A DNA stretch of 64,000 nt from Candidatus Poseidoniaceae archaeon (GCA_965659685.1 CBFHXB010000011.1:8595-72594), one strand, 5' to 3'; counted from the first letter of the stretch, positions 32,238 through 41,734 are shown. Program-made: numbers and translations. Notes: a model not told the origin generated them from the sequence alone.

Positions 32238-34070
32238 TCATCTGGCCCAAAAGTGGTTCTCTTTTCGATGCAGTCGCACGATTTCCTCGAGAATCTCTTG
32301 TTCAACTGCCGTCAATTCCACTTTCCGGAGCCGACGCGCATGCGATTCCGGGACGTCGACAAAGAATTCGTCGCCTTCGTTGATGTGGCGCCCGACGGTT
32401 GGGCCTTGGATGGCGCAGGCCACTTCATCGCCTTGGTTTGCTTCTCGCACGTCCTCACTGTCGCGCGTACGAAGGGACTTCACCTGCCCCACTTGGGAAC
32501 CGTCTGGACGCATCAACCGTTGACCGATGTGAACGCGACCGCCAACCACACGGACCCCAATGATCGCAGGGTCGCGTCCACGGAAGGTGTGGTTTTCGAG
32601 GTACAGCAATCGGCCCGGGTGCACCAGGTCTTCCCGAGCAGCGGCTTCGGCCGCGGCTTTGGTTTCATCACGCCACGTCTCAATTTCCTCGATGATGTGG
32701 TAGATGATCTCCCCTGCCACGAATTTGACGGGTGCGTCATCCCCGGTCAGGCGGTCCGCAACCTCACGGTTCGGGGCGATGGAGAATCCCGCAATGATGC
32801 GGTTCAGGGGGTCCTTGGCCGATTCCGCGGTCAAGATGTCCCGCTTGTTCACAGGGCCAACGGTGGCCATGCGGATTGGGATGTCGAGCTGGCCCAATTC
32901 AAACGCGAGTGCTTCCAGCCCACCGATGGTGTCCGCTTTGATGACGACGCCTTCTTCGTCCAAGTCGATGTCAACCCGGCATTCCTCCCTGCACGCGGCC
33001 ATCGCTGCTTCGAGGGCTTCATCGTCCTTGGCCAACCGGACCGTGGTGCCGGCAAGGGCGCGCTCAAGGCCCTGTGCGACGATCTTCACGCCGCAGGCCG
33101 CTTCCACGTGGTCCACGCTTTCCCAACGGTCACCCGCGTCGCGCATTTCGGACATGCCTCGTGGCCTCTTCAGCCCCTTGATCCGGGTGGTTGCAGGACC
33201 GTCAGAGGTGGCGAAGACGATGCGGTCAGCCGTTCGGAGGATGCCTCGGGAGAGGATCACGTCGATCGTTTTGCTCATGCCGACTTCGTCCTTCATCTCC
33301 AAGATGGTGCCCTCGGCGTCACCCAGGGTGTCCGTCAAGCGGTCTTCGAGGAAACGTTCGGCCAAACCAACGGTCACCGTCAGCAGGTCCTGAAGGCCTT
33401 CGCCCTCCTTGGCTGACATGGGGACAAGAGCGACGTCACTGCGGAAATCCTTGATGCGGTCGTACCGTTCGAGGTTGAACCCATGCTCACCGAACATCCC
33501 CACCATCTTCCAAAACCGGTCTTCGAAGAGTGCTTGCACGTCCTTTCGCTGTTCTTGGAAGGAGGCGATGAACGCTCGTCCACGTTCGGAACGCCAACCG
33601 TGCAGGCGGTCCACTTTGTTCCCGGCCACGACGAATGGCGTTCGGGTTCGTCGAAGGATCTCCAAGCTCTCAATGGTCTGAGGCTGAAGCCCTTCCATGA
33701 TGTCCACCACGAGGATGGCGATGTCGGCCAACTGGCCCCCACGTGAACGAAGCGACGTGAAGGAATGGTGGCCAGGTGTGTCGATGAAGAGCAAACCGGG
33801 GGACTTGAAATTCCGGCCACCCATCATTGCCGCGCAGGTGTCGTTGAGCACGGCGGCGGGGACTTCGGTGGCGCCGATGTGTTGGGTGATGCCACCGGCT
33901 TCGCGGTCCATCACCGAGGCTTGACGGTCCACGCCAATGGAGCGGACCAAATCGAGCAGGCTGGTTTTCCCATGGTCAACGTGCCCGAGCACGCTGACGA
34001 TCGGTTGTCGGTTTTCACCTCGGAGTGGGGCGTCCTCTTCGGGGGCGGTTGGTTCCGCCTCGTCCGACAT
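32238..34070 (-). CDS. infB: translation initiation factor aIF5B (IF-2)
   Basis: The G domain has 'GHVDHGKTSLLD', 'DTPGH' and 'NKVD', with full-length aIF5B architecture. Confidence 0.93.
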   Translation of the reverse strand: MSDEAEPTAPEEDAPLRGENRQPIVSVLGHVDHGKTSLLDLVRSIGVDRQASVMDREAGGITQHIGATEVPAAVLNDTCAAMMGGRNFKSPGLLFIDTPGHHSFTSLRSRGGQLADIAILVVDIMEGLQPQTIESLEILRRTRTPFVVAGNKVDRLHGWRSERGRAFIASFQEQRKDVQALFEDRFWKMVGMFGEHGFNLERYDRIKDFRSDVALVPMSAKEGEGLQDLLTVTVGLAERFLEDRLTDTLGDAEGTILEMKDEVGMSKTIDVILSRGILRTADRIVFATSDGPATTRIKGLKRPRGMSEMRDAGDRWESVDHVEAACGVKIVAQGLERALAGTTVRLAKDDEALEAAMAACREECRVDIDLDEEGVVIKADTIGGLEALAFELGQLDIPIRMATVGPVNKRDILTAESAKDPLNRIIAGFSIAPNREVADRLTGDDAPVKFVAGEIIYHIIEEIETWRDETKAAAEAAAREDLVHPGRLLYLENHTFRGRDPAIIGVRVVGGRVHIGQRLMRPDGSQVGQVKSLRTRDSEDVREANQGDEVACAIQGPTVGRHINEGDEFFVDVPESHARRLRKVELTAVEQEILEEIVRLHRKENHFWAR

Positions 34071-34083
34071 GCCCCCACCTCGA

Positions 34084-34530
34084 TCATTCGTAGACCCAGC
34101 GCTGGCCGTCTTGAGTCCACTCCATCAGGCCTTCAGGGAACCAGAGGGCCAACTCCGCAGCAGCGGTGTCTTCTCCGTCGGATCCGTGAATCATGTTGTA
34201 TCCCATGTCCATGCCGTAATCGCCACGGATGGTGCCGGGGTCGGCTTCGCGGCCGTTGGTGGCGCCGATGAGGCGACGTGCGACGGCGATGGCGTCAACG
34301 CCACGCCATGCCATGCAGACGACAGGCCCTGAGGTCACGAAGGTGATGAGGCCCTCGAAGAAAGGACGTTCAGCGTGCACGGCGTAGTGCGTGCGCGCAA
34401 TGGTTTCGTCGGGGACCATGGACTTCATGCCCACCAATTGGAGGCCCTTGCGTTCGAATCGGTTGAGAATTTCACCGACCAAGCCGCGTTGGACACCGTC
34501 GGGCTTGATCATGACATACGTGGTCTGCAT
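34084..34530 (-). CDS. ndk: nucleoside diphosphate kinase
   Basis: 'TYVMIKPDGVQRGLVGEI' and 'NMIHGSD' are present. The start is trimmed to ATG 34530. Confidence 0.93.
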   Translation of the reverse strand: MQTTYVMIKPDGVQRGLVGEILNRFERKGLQLVGMKSMVPDETIARTHYAVHAERPFFEGLITFVTSGPVVCMAWRGVDAIAVARRLIGATNGREADPGTIRGDYGMDMGYNMIHGSDGEDTAAAELALWFPEGLMEWTQDGQRWVYE

Positions 34531-34589
34531 GGTTTTCACCTGAGTCGGCGACCGAGCCGCCCTTCAAGAAGCATCCTATGGCCGGTGGC

Positions 34590-34781
34590 TCACTGGATGC
34601 CGCCCTTCACGTAATGGCGCGTCCACTTGACGCGGCGCGCGTTACGCTTGAGGTGGACCATGTTCTTGCGGGCCTTGGAATTCTTGAACCACAAGATGCT
34701 CCCGTCGCGTCGGACGAACATCGTTCCCGTACCGGGTTCGATCTCGTCACCGGAGAAGCTGCAAACACGTCGCTCTGGCAT
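34590..34781 (-). CDS. rpl24e: 50S ribosomal protein L24e
   Basis: '[40 protein letters not shown]' is present. The start is ATG 34781. Confidence 0.88.
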   Translation of the reverse strand: MPERRVCSFSGDEIEPGTGTMFVRRDGSILWFKNSKARKNMVHLKRNARRVKWTRHYVKGGIQ

Positions 34782-34786
34782 GGGGT

Positions 34787-35011
34787 TCACCTCGCATTCA
34801 ACTTGCGGGCCTCGCGGCCCGTGTCCTTGAGCATCAGGATATCACCGACTCGGACGGGGCCGAGCACGTTTCGGGTGATGATGCGACCGACGTCGCGTGG
34901 GTTGGGTGCGTCGTTGACGCGGACCTTCACCTGCGTTGCTTCCCCGGTCATACCGGTTCGGCCGACGACTTCGACGACCTCAGCGGGCCATCCTCCGAGT
35001 TCTTCGCTCAT
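34787..35011 (-). CDS. rps28e: 30S ribosomal protein S28e
   Basis: '[23 protein letters not shown]...[30 protein letters not shown]' is present. The start is ATG 35011, with a GGAGG ~8 nt upstream. Confidence 0.88.
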   Translation of the reverse strand: MSEELGGWPAEVVEVVGRTGMTGEATQVKVRVNDAPNPRDVGRIITRNVLGPVRVGDILMLKDTGREARKLNAR

Positions 35012-35025
35012 GTGGATTCCTCCGT

Positions 35026-35397
35026 TCAAGCCCGCAGGCCCTTGATGAGTTCGAGGACTTCATCGAGCATTTCCTGGGCGGCTTTGGGCACGTCCATGAT
35101 GGCGAGGCTTGCGGCCTTCACTCCAGTTTCCATGCCGGCTTCCTTGGCCAAGAATTCCTGGGAAGGAACGTAGCCGAAGGGGATGCTGTTGTCGTCGCAG
35201 ATGAGTGGGATGTGGTTGACCAACTCGGGGGGGTTGACGTCCTCAGCGAGGACGACAAAGGCCGCAGTCTTGCGAAGGGCCACTTTGGTGACTTCGTTCG
35301 ACCCGCGCTTGATGCGGCCGCCATTGCAGGCTTGCACCAATTCGTAGATCTTGTTGCTGACGTCTTCAGGGGTTTCGTATCGAACATGCACACTCAT
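35026..35397 (-). CDS. rpl7ae: 50S ribosomal protein L7Ae
   Basis: '[60 protein letters not shown]' is present. The track ORF extends to 35682, overlapping prs, so I trimmed it to ATG 35397. Confidence 0.9.
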   Translation of the reverse strand: MSVHVRYETPEDVSNKIYELVQACNGGRIKRGSNEVTKVALRKTAAFVVLAEDVNPPELVNHIPLICDDNSIPFGYVPSQEFLAKEAGMETGVKAASLAIMDVPKAAQEMLDEVLELIKGLRA

Positions 35398-35442
35398 CGG
35401 ATATCCTCCTCGTGTAGGTAAGCCGTGCGCCACGTGGTTCGG

Positions 35443-35449
35443 ATATAAA
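35443..35449 (-). promoter_or_regulatory. candidate TATA box for the rpl7ae-rps28e-rpl24e-ndk operon
   Basis: The minus strand reads TTTATAT about 50 nt upstream of ATG 35397, with a GGAGGA ~8 nt before the ATG. Evidence is position and composition only. Confidence 0.35.
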
Positions 35450-35473
35450 CGCACCGCCAAGCGTTTGCCGGCC

Positions 35474-36418
35474 TCAAGACCATGTTTTGAGGATGGATTC
35501 GACGCCTCGCGCGAGTGCTGGCCCGCCTTGGATGACACCGCGGGGGTTCGGCAGGCTTCCCGTCGCATGCACGCCGTCGACGAAACTGGAGAGCCTGTGA
35601 ATGGCGCCGCCGGTAAACAGTCCGTGGCAACACGCAGCGTGCACCGCGGTCGCGCCTTGGCTGCGGAGGGCATCTGCTGCACGGCAGATGGTGCCGCCTG
35701 TGGCGATCATGTCGTCGACGATGGCCACCACCTTGCCGTCGACGTCCAAGTCCTTCGCCTTGTGAACGATGGTGCGGGCATCAATTCGCGTCTTTTCCAG
35801 ATAAGAGAACCCGCAGCCAATGGCTTCCGCGACCGCTGAAGCACGGTCGATGGCACCTTTGTCGGGAGAGAGGACGAAGTCAGGTTTGACCGTGTCTTGG
35901 AGGTGAGCGGCGAGTTCGGGCATCGCGCTCGTGAAAGCGACGGGGACAGGGAGGTCTTCCAGCACGGCGGGAGCGTGAAGATCGAGCACGACCATTGCGT
36001 CACAATGGGCGGCAAGCAACCGACCGATGGCCTTGGCCGAAATCGGTTCACCTGGTTTGAAGCGCTTGTCTTGTCGGGCATAGCCATAGTAAGGGACGGC
36101 CAAAATCACGCCAGATCCGACGTCATCCATGGCTTGGGGGCCGATATTTCGCAAATTTTCCATGTTTCCCGCCCGGAGGTCCCGGATCAAGTCCAGGAGA
36201 AGCAGGGTTTCCACGATGCCAGCGTCTGGAAAGGTGTTCGACACCACGACGACAGGCTCGCTTCGAATGGCCTCAATGTGCTCTTCTGGCATCCTGACGT
36301 AGCCTTCCGTGTCGGGGAAGCGTCGTGATTCGGCATGGATGTGGGTCCAACCAAGGCTGGTGGCCAATTCCTCCGCGATGGCCCGCGCGTTGCTGCTGGA
36401 GACGACCGCCACGAGCAT
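35474..36418 (-). CDS. prs: ribose-phosphate pyrophosphokinase (PRPP synthetase)
   Basis: The PRPP-binding loop 'VAIVDDMIATGGT' and 'YYGYARQDK' are present. Confidence 0.88.
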   Translation of the reverse strand: MLVAVVSSSNARAIAEELATSLGWTHIHAESRRFPDTEGYVRMPEEHIEAIRSEPVVVVSNTFPDAGIVETLLLLDLIRDLRAGNMENLRNIGPQAMDDVGSGVILAVPYYGYARQDKRFKPGEPISAKAIGRLLAAHCDAMVVLDLHAPAVLEDLPVPVAFTSAMPELAAHLQDTVKPDFVLSPDKGAIDRASAVAEAIGCGFSYLEKTRIDARTIVHKAKDLDVDGKVVAIVDDMIATGGTICRAADALRSQGATAVHAACCHGLFTGGAIHRLSSFVDGVHATGSLPNPRGVIQGGPALARGVESILKTWS

Positions 36419-36463
36419 GGCTTCAACCGGCGCTTCAAGGGCTTTCCCGTGAGAGGTGGTGAG

Positions 36464-36537
36464 TGCGCGAGGCAGGACTCGAACCTGCGACCTCCCGGTT
36501 ATCAGCCGGGTGCTCCAACCGACTAAGCTACCCGCGC
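36464..36537 (-). tRNA. tRNA-Ile (anticodon GAU)
   Basis: I folded it by hand at 74 nt. The acceptor is GCGCGGG/CTCGCGC with one G-U pair. The D arm is GCTT...GAGC, the anticodon arm is CCCGG-CTGATAA-CCGGG, and the T arm is GCAGG-TTCGAGT-CCTGC. No CCA is encoded. Confidence 0.85.
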
Positions 36538-36588
36538 TTGGGCAGGACGCCGACCTGACGTGCCATCAAAAGGATGACGGTGAGGCAA

Positions 36589-37182
36589 TCACTCAAATTC
36601 AGAGGCGTCCATTTCGTTGAGCGTGATGTAGGACGGCAACTGCATGGCCCGTTCAAAGGTGCGGCCAAGGACCACTTCATCGAGCCGATCACGGGTACGT
36701 GCGATGGCCGTGAGGGGAAGCCGGACGGTCTCTCCGAGCTCGAAACGCTGCTGGACGCCGACGCGAAGGGTGACGATGAATCCCTTGTAGGTGCGCTTGA
36801 CTTTCAGGAGGCCGGTGATGATGCCGACTTCGTTGCCCTGGTTGTCCAAGACCGCACGGTCGAGCATTTCGTCGGGTGCGTAGAGCTGTTCGTCGATGCG
36901 CACGGTGTTGCGCCAGCGACGCTGGAGTTCGCGCATGGACTTGGAGAGGCGTACGGAGCCGTCGTCGTTGATGCTGTGAACAAGCTCCTTGGGAAGGGGT
37001 GCAAATTCAGCAGGCTTGCGCATGAATTCGCCCGCCACGTCCGTTTCGACCAGAAGGCGAACGGATCGCACACGTGATTCGTTGGGGTGGTGACGTTCCC
37101 CGATGATGGTGCCCACTTTGGTGTCCTTGACGTACACGTCGCGTTGCATCAATTCCTGGATGTGGTAGTCTGTTGGTGCCAT
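36589..37182 (-). CDS. PRC-barrel-domain protein
   Basis: Two PRC-barrel-like segments are present ('VYVKDTKVGTIIGERHH...' and 'LDRAVLDNQGNEVGIITGLLKVKRTYKGFIVTL'). The family call is from memory of the fold's sequence pattern. Confidence 0.5.
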   Translation of the reverse strand: MAPTDYHIQELMQRDVYVKDTKVGTIIGERHHPNESRVRSVRLLVETDVAGEFMRKPAEFAPLPKELVHSINDDGSVRLSKSMRELQRRWRNTVRIDEQLYAPDEMLDRAVLDNQGNEVGIITGLLKVKRTYKGFIVTLRVGVQQRFELGETVRLPLTAIARTRDRLDEVVLGRTFERAMQLPSYITLNEMDASEFE

Positions 37183-37250
37183 GTTCTCCCTTCCCGTTGC
37201 ACCGCCTGTGCTGAGGGGGACACTTAATGTCTTCGACGGATAATGTAACT

Positions 37251-37268
37251 GTTCAATTAGGAATACGC
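37251..37268 (+). repeat. CAATT-core element copy (GTTCAATTAGGAATACGC)
   Basis: It is identical to 39461-39477 (GTTCAATTGGAATACGC) apart from one inserted A. Confidence 0.65.
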
Positions 37269-37282
37269 AGTTAGTGACGAAG

Positions 37283-37299
37283 AATCAATTGGAAATCGC
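37283..37299 (+). repeat. CAATTGGAA element copy (AATCAATTGGAAATCGC)
   Basis: It has the exact CAATTGGAA core with the WWCGC flank shared with the copies at 37492, 39464 and 44151(-). Confidence 0.65.
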
Positions 37300-37366
37300 C
37301 GATAATCGGCATGTCGCATAATCCATTTCCATAAGTAAATCGCGGCATCTTTCATTTCTGAACGAG

Positions 37367-37381
37367 GTGAAATTCCAATTG
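37367..37381 (-). repeat. CAATTGGAA element copy (minus strand CAATTGGAATTTCAC)
   Basis: The core is exact. The flank GGAATTTCAC resembles the 53.7-kb copy (TAATTGGAATTCAC). Confidence 0.6.
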
Positions 37382-37487
37382 GGCTTTCCTCATTCTTCAC
37401 CACGCGTAGGCGGGCCCGTCCGATCGGTGCCGGGGTGGGGTCGCCTGGCCGGTAGATTTCGACCTAATAATCGATAGTTTAAGCGAA

Positions 37488-37505
37488 TTTTCAATTGGAA
37501 AACGG
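37488..37505 (+). repeat. CAATTGGAA element copy (TTTTCAATTGGAAAACGG)
   Basis: The core is exact, with the flank GGAAAACG as in the ubiD copy. It lies ~70 nt upstream of ATG 37564. Confidence 0.65.
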
Positions 37506-37563
37506 CATATTTCGTTTTTCGTCATGTCGGCGAACTCATAGAGGCGGGCGAAGGTGGACGGGC

Positions 37564-38253
37564 ATGGCCGCCGTGGACCTGCGTGGACTTCATCCGCGCT
37601 TTTCCGCGACCGTGATGCTCCATGCAGCCCGCAAAGGCCACCCTGTTGCTGGCGTAACGGAGGCCGCCAGGCAACTTGCCCGGGTGCGTGACCCACTGGG
37701 TTTGTCTTCGCTCATTGAGGAAGAGGATGCCACTGCACGTTTGTCCGGTCCAGGGGACGGGTCCCGTTTCGAAGTGGAGCGAGACGGGCGCGTGCTGCAG
37801 GTGTGCCCCATCGACGTGATTCCTACGCTCACGGCAAGTTTCTGGCCCGATCTCTTGCTTGATGCTGATGCGAGGGCCGGTTGGTGGGTGGCCGAGCATG
37901 ACCTTGTCGAGGCTCTGTTGAGCCTCGCAGCACACCCGGTGCCAGAAGGACGCCTCGTCCTCAGCGGTCGGAGGCGTTGGCAGGCCACTGAGTTGATGCA
38001 CGAGGCCGCCCTCCTGCACCGACGCTGGGAGCAAGGGCAAGTCGGTGCCTTCTCGGTCGAGGTGTTGGCTGAACCTCAGCGTCCACCTGTCCGGGTTGAA
38101 CCCGTTGAATTGGACGATCAGGAGCCAGATCTCGGACCTTTGCACCGTCTCTTGTCTGAGCACCGTTCAGAGGGTTGGCGCCCCCAGATGACGGTGCGTG
38201 AAGCCTTGATGCACCATCTGGCCCTGGTAGAGGGAGCACTCAACCGCGGGTGA
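37564..38253 (+). CDS. hypothetical protein
   Basis: 229 aa from ATG 37564, with high third-position GC. I recognise no motif. The 3' end overlaps the dys stop by 14 nt (convergent genes). Confidence 0.4.
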   Translation: MAAVDLRGLHPRFSATVMLHAARKGHPVAGVTEAARQLARVRDPLGLSSLIEEEDATARLSGPGDGSRFEVERDGRVLQVCPIDVIPTLTASFWPDLLLDADARAGWWVAEHDLVEALLSLAAHPVPEGRLVLSGRRRWQATELMHEAALLHRRWEQGQVGAFSVEVLAEPQRPPVRVEPVELDDQEPDLGPLHRLLSEHRSEGWRPQMTVREALMHHLALVEGALNRG

Positions 38254-39247
38254 ACAAATCTGCACCGAGGAGCGGAAGCAGCACACTGGCATCTCCCTCG
38301 ACACAGACGTTCGGAGCTTCAGGTCGCATTTTGCCCCAGGAAATGGCTTCACGGAGCCGTGCTCCTGACAGGGAACCGTCGTGTTCAGGAGCCGTCGTGA
38401 TGTACACGGCAGCGTCAAGTCCGCCTCGGTATTGGTTCCACCAAATCACGTGATGCTTGGAAATTCCACCACCGACCATCAGGGCGTTTGAGGTCTCCAC
38501 GTCCCAGGTCAGGTCGCTCATGACCTGCTCGTCGGCCAAGGTGTCGATGTGGAAGTCCCGGTACTTCTGCCGGAACATGAACAATTGAGCTCCAATGGAT
38601 CCATCGGTGATGCCAGGGATGCAGACGGGGATGCGGTGCTTGGCCGCCCAATAGATCAGCGAATCTTCCGTACCGATTCGTTCACCCAAGGCCCACACCA
38701 AGTGGATGGAGCCGAAGCCGAGCCATGCGTCTGCTCCGGTCAAGCCGGTCTGCTCAAGCCGCTCCTTGCGGATGTCCTCGAGCGCAGGCATGACCACAGA
38801 TTCGATGATCTCACCGTACGAGGAGGTTGGGACGATGACGTTGCCCAAGCGCATCAGATCGTGCTCACCAAGCTCGATGTCGTCCAATTCGAAGGCGCCG
38901 TGGTAATACGCTGCATGCGCTCGCGCGATGTCATGATCGAGCGTACCGCAGGTCGTTGAGACCACGTTGAACATCTTCCTGCGCAAGGCTTCCACGAAGA
39001 ATCCGCGGGTTCCGGTCGCGCACAAGCATGCGGGGAAGGACAGCCAGTTCAGCATCTGTGCTGGGTCGTGATCGGCTTCGCTCAAGGCATGGTCCATGTC
39101 GCGAAGGATGTCTCGCGCCATCGCCAGTTTCGTGGCCGTGAAGCCGCCTGCTGAGGCCATTTGGTCGAGCAGCCCCTTCGGTGAGGTGGCGTTCGAAAAG
39201 TCGTAATCGACCACGGGCACGTCGAACTGGTCTGGGTCAATGGCCAT
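38240..39247 (-). CDS. dys: deoxyhypusine synthase
   Basis: The full length resembles DHS ('GFTATKLAMARDIL', 'TTCGTLDHD', 'GGGISKHHVIWWNQ'). Starts at 39247 (preferred), 39292 or GTG 39304 are all possible. Confidence 0.85.
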   Translation of the reverse strand: MAIDPDQFDVPVVDYDFSNATSPKGLLDQMASAGGFTATKLAMARDILRDMDHALSEADHDPAQMLNWLSFPACLCATGTRGFFVEALRRKMFNVVSTTCGTLDHDIARAHAAYYHGAFELDDIELGEHDLMRLGNVIVPTSSYGEIIESVVMPALEDIRKERLEQTGLTGADAWLGFGSIHLVWALGERIGTEDSLIYWAAKHRIPVCIPGITDGSIGAQLFMFRQKYRDFHIDTLADEQVMSDLTWDVETSNALMVGGGISKHHVIWWNQYRGGLDAAVYITTAPEHDGSLSGARLREAISWGKMRPEAPNVCVEGDASVLLPLLGADLFTRG

Positions 39248-39272
39248 GTTTCGGCCTCGACTGTGCTCGTTT

Positions 39273-41693
39273 TCAATCAATCCCTGCGCCATCGAGCCGG
39301 TCACGGATCGTCATCAACCGGTCACGGAGCCGAGCGGCCTCTTCGAAATCAAGGGCCCGTGCAGCGTCTTCCATCGCTGCTTTGAATTCAGCGGCCAGGT
39401 CGACCAAGGCTTCCTTTGAGGTGGGAAAATCTTCGTCATGTTCCAATTGAGAAATTGAATGTTCAATTGGAATACGCTGGTCACTGTCCGCCGTGTTGTT
39501 GCTTGGCAAAAAGGCCGCAGCAGGGCCGTCTGCACGCCCACCACGCTTCGCCACCAAACGTTTCCCACCACGGGAAGTGGTGGTGCCTTCGAGGAGGCCC
39601 TCTGATTCTTGGCCCATTTGTGGAAGGGCCTTGACGATGGTGCGGGGTACAATGCCACGCCGTTCGTTGTCCTCGTGTTGCCGCTGGCGACGTTCCAAGG
39701 TTTGGCGGATGGCTCCGGTCATGGCAGGCGAAACGCTGTCGGCGTAGAGAAGGACGGATCCGTTGGCGTTTCGCGCAGCACGCCCGATGGTTTGCAAGAG
39801 CGATCGCTCGTTGCGAAGGAAGCCCTGACGGTCCGCGTCGAAAATCGCCACCAAGCTGACCTCAGGAATGTCCAATCCCTCTCGGAGCAGGTTGATGCCG
39901 ACAATGACGTCAATGAGGCCCAAGCGCAACGCGTTGATGATCTCGGTGCGTTCGATGGTGTCGATTTCCGAGTGGAGGTGGTGCGCCTTCACGCCCATTC
40001 GGCTGAGGTATGCGGCGACCTCTTCGGCGAATTTGATCGTCAGGACGGTCACCAAGGTCCGCTCCCCACGGTCGATTCTGGCGTTGATTTCTGAGAGCAA
40101 GTCGGCCACTTGCCCTTCAGTGGGTCGAACTTCAATGCCCGGATCCAACAAGCCCGTCGGTCGAATTTCCATGCGTGGCAAGTGGTCAATCGTTTGCAGC
40201 ATTTCGTACATCGACGGCGAGCCCTGGATTTTCTTGGCCACGTCCGCGGGCCCAGCGCCGCCCCTGGAAGCGACGTGAAGCAGGCCTTCAGGCACCGGTT
40301 GACCGGTCACCTCACACAGGTGCCGCAATTCGCGCTCGCCCGGTGTTGCAGAGACGTAGACCATTTGCGGGACAAGGCCTTGGAATTCTGGAATTTTCAG
40401 CGGCCGGTTGTCCGCGGCCGAAGGCAATCGGAAGCCGTGCTCAATGAGGTTCTCTTTGCGTGCCCTGTCCCCGTGGTACATGCCTCCTACTTGCGGGAGG
40501 GTCACGTGCGACTCGTCCATGATGACCAGGAAACGGGTGGGGTCGCCATGGAATTGACGCGCGCAGGCCGCAAAGAAGTCGAGCAAACAATACGGTCGTT
40601 CGCCTGCTTCACGGCCGTCGAAATGCCGTGAATAATTCTCGATGGCCAAACAGTGTCCGACTTCCCGCAGCATCTCAAGGTCGTACTCTGTGCGTTGTTC
40701 CAAGCGATGGCGCTTCACCTGCTCTTTCGTTCCGTCGAAGTACCGCAGCCGGTCGTTCAGTTCGCTTTCAATCCGCTCAAGCGCGATTTCGAACCGCTCC
40801 GGGCTGGTCATGAAGAACTCCTTCGGGTGAATCCAAGCCTCTTCCAAGGCGTCGAGCACCTCCCAACTGACCGGATCGCACACGGAGACGGCGATGACGC
40901 CATCGAAGTCGAATCGAATGCGAAGTGGATCGTCGCGGCTCGGCATCCATACGTCAAGCACTTCGCCACGCAAGCGGGCTTGGCCGCGTTCGAGGTCGGT
41001 GTTGGTGCGGGCGTACTGCAGCCCGACCAAAGCCCGCATCAAGTCCTGCGGTTCGATGGCCTGGCCCACGTGCACCCTGAGGTGGTGCTCCAGGAAGGTT
41101 TCGGGCGGATTGAGGCCGTAAATGCACGACACGGAGGAGACGATGACACAATCTGGGCGTGAGACCAAACTTGCGACTGCGGAGAAGCGCTCCTGTTCGA
41201 TTCGCTCGTTGATGGAGAGCTCCTTGTCGATGTACAGGTCTCGCTTGGGCAGGTAGGCTTCGGGTTGGTAGTAGTCGTAGTGTGAAACGAAGTATTCAAC
41301 GGCGTTTTCAGGGAAATAGCCGGCAATCTCGTGGTGCAATTGCCGAGCAAGCGTCTTGTTGTGCGAGATGATCAACGTTGGGAGGTTGAGCCGTTCGATG
41401 ACGTTGGCCATGGCGAAGGTCTTGCCTGAGCCGGTCACGCCAAGCAGCACACAGCGCTCTTGCCCTCCCTCGATTTGCTGCACGAGTTGTTCGATTGCTT
41501 CGGGTTGATCGCCCGCCGGTGCATGTTCGGAATGAAGGCGAAAGCGGCTCACGTCAGGACTCAGGTGTTCCAACGAAGCGCCTTCGAGCGCTCGTGAGAG
41601 GTCAAAGGGGTCCCGTTCCTGAAGGTCCACCTCGCCCACGTCGAGGTTGGCACGGGCCTCGAAGGACCCGTCGTCGTCCCATTCGTCGACCAC
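39273..41693 (-). CDS. uvrB: excinuclease ABC subunit B (UvrB), extended
   Basis: 'GVTGSGKT', 'DESH', 'QTIGRAARN' and the C-terminal UVR motif 'LDFEEAARLRDRL' are present. It starts at a GTG. The 806 aa includes a ~45-aa acidic N-terminal extension and a longer pre-UVR linker. Confidence 0.92.
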   Translation of the reverse strand: MVDEWDDDGSFEARANLDVGEVDLQERDPFDLSRALEGASLEHLSPDVSRFRLHSEHAPAGDQPEAIEQLVQQIEGGQERCVLLGVTGSGKTFAMANVIERLNLPTLIISHNKTLARQLHHEIAGYFPENAVEYFVSHYDYYQPEAYLPKRDLYIDKELSINERIEQERFSAVASLVSRPDCVIVSSVSCIYGLNPPETFLEHHLRVHVGQAIEPQDLMRALVGLQYARTNTDLERGQARLRGEVLDVWMPSRDDPLRIRFDFDGVIAVSVCDPVSWEVLDALEEAWIHPKEFFMTSPERFEIALERIESELNDRLRYFDGTKEQVKRHRLEQRTEYDLEMLREVGHCLAIENYSRHFDGREAGERPYCLLDFFAACARQFHGDPTRFLVIMDESHVTLPQVGGMYHGDRARKENLIEHGFRLPSAADNRPLKIPEFQGLVPQMVYVSATPGERELRHLCEVTGQPVPEGLLHVASRGGAGPADVAKKIQGSPSMYEMLQTIDHLPRMEIRPTGLLDPGIEVRPTEGQVADLLSEINARIDRGERTLVTVLTIKFAEEVAAYLSRMGVKAHHLHSEIDTIERTEIINALRLGLIDVIVGINLLREGLDIPEVSLVAIFDADRQGFLRNERSLLQTIGRAARNANGSVLLYADSVSPAMTGAIRQTLERRQRQHEDNERRGIVPRTIVKALPQMGQESEGLLEGTTTSRGGKRLVAKRGGRADGPAAAFLPSNNTADSDQRIPIEHSISQLEHDEDFPTSKEALVDLAAEFKAAMEDAARALDFEEAARLRDRLMTIRDRLDGAGID
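39441..39477. repeat. dual-core CAATTG element inside uvrB (TTCCAATTGAGAAATTGAATGTTCAATTGGAATACGC)
   Basis: There are two CAATTG cores at 39444 and 39464, 20 bp apart. The outer arms TTCCAATTGA / TCAATTGGAA are inverted repeats. This AT-rich patch lies in GC-rich coding DNA, in the linker before the UVR domain. Confidence 0.7.
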
Positions 41694-41734
41694 GCTTCAT
41701 GGCGGTCGGGCGCCGGTTTGAACCCTTGTGGGGT

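Larger units (their letters stand above)
37183..37563. other. 381-bp AT-rich intergenic island carrying four CAATT-core elements and short palindromes
   Basis: This is by far the longest and most AT-rich non-coding stretch in the window. It lies between divergent genes and contains the elements listed below, GCCGAT-A-ATCGGC (37298-37310) and ATCGAT (37470-37475). A GC-rich block at ~37396-37455 splits it into two AT-rich halves. Confidence 0.7.

Noticed and set aside
37275-37362. A possible C/D-box sRNA in the AT-rich island (GTGACGA ... CTGA).
   Set aside because: The C-box-like GTGACGA has a mismatch. There are no convincing C'/D' boxes and no terminal stem, and the ~85-nt spacing is long. 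TGACGAAGA also occurs next to the uvrB element copy, so it is more likely part of the repeat context.
37183-37563. A firm annotation as the replication origin (oriC).
   Set aside because: No orc1/cdc6 gene is adjacent in the window. The resemblance to ORB boxes is superficial and recalled from memory, and I cannot compute skew. I kept it as a hypothesis in the findings, not as a feature call.
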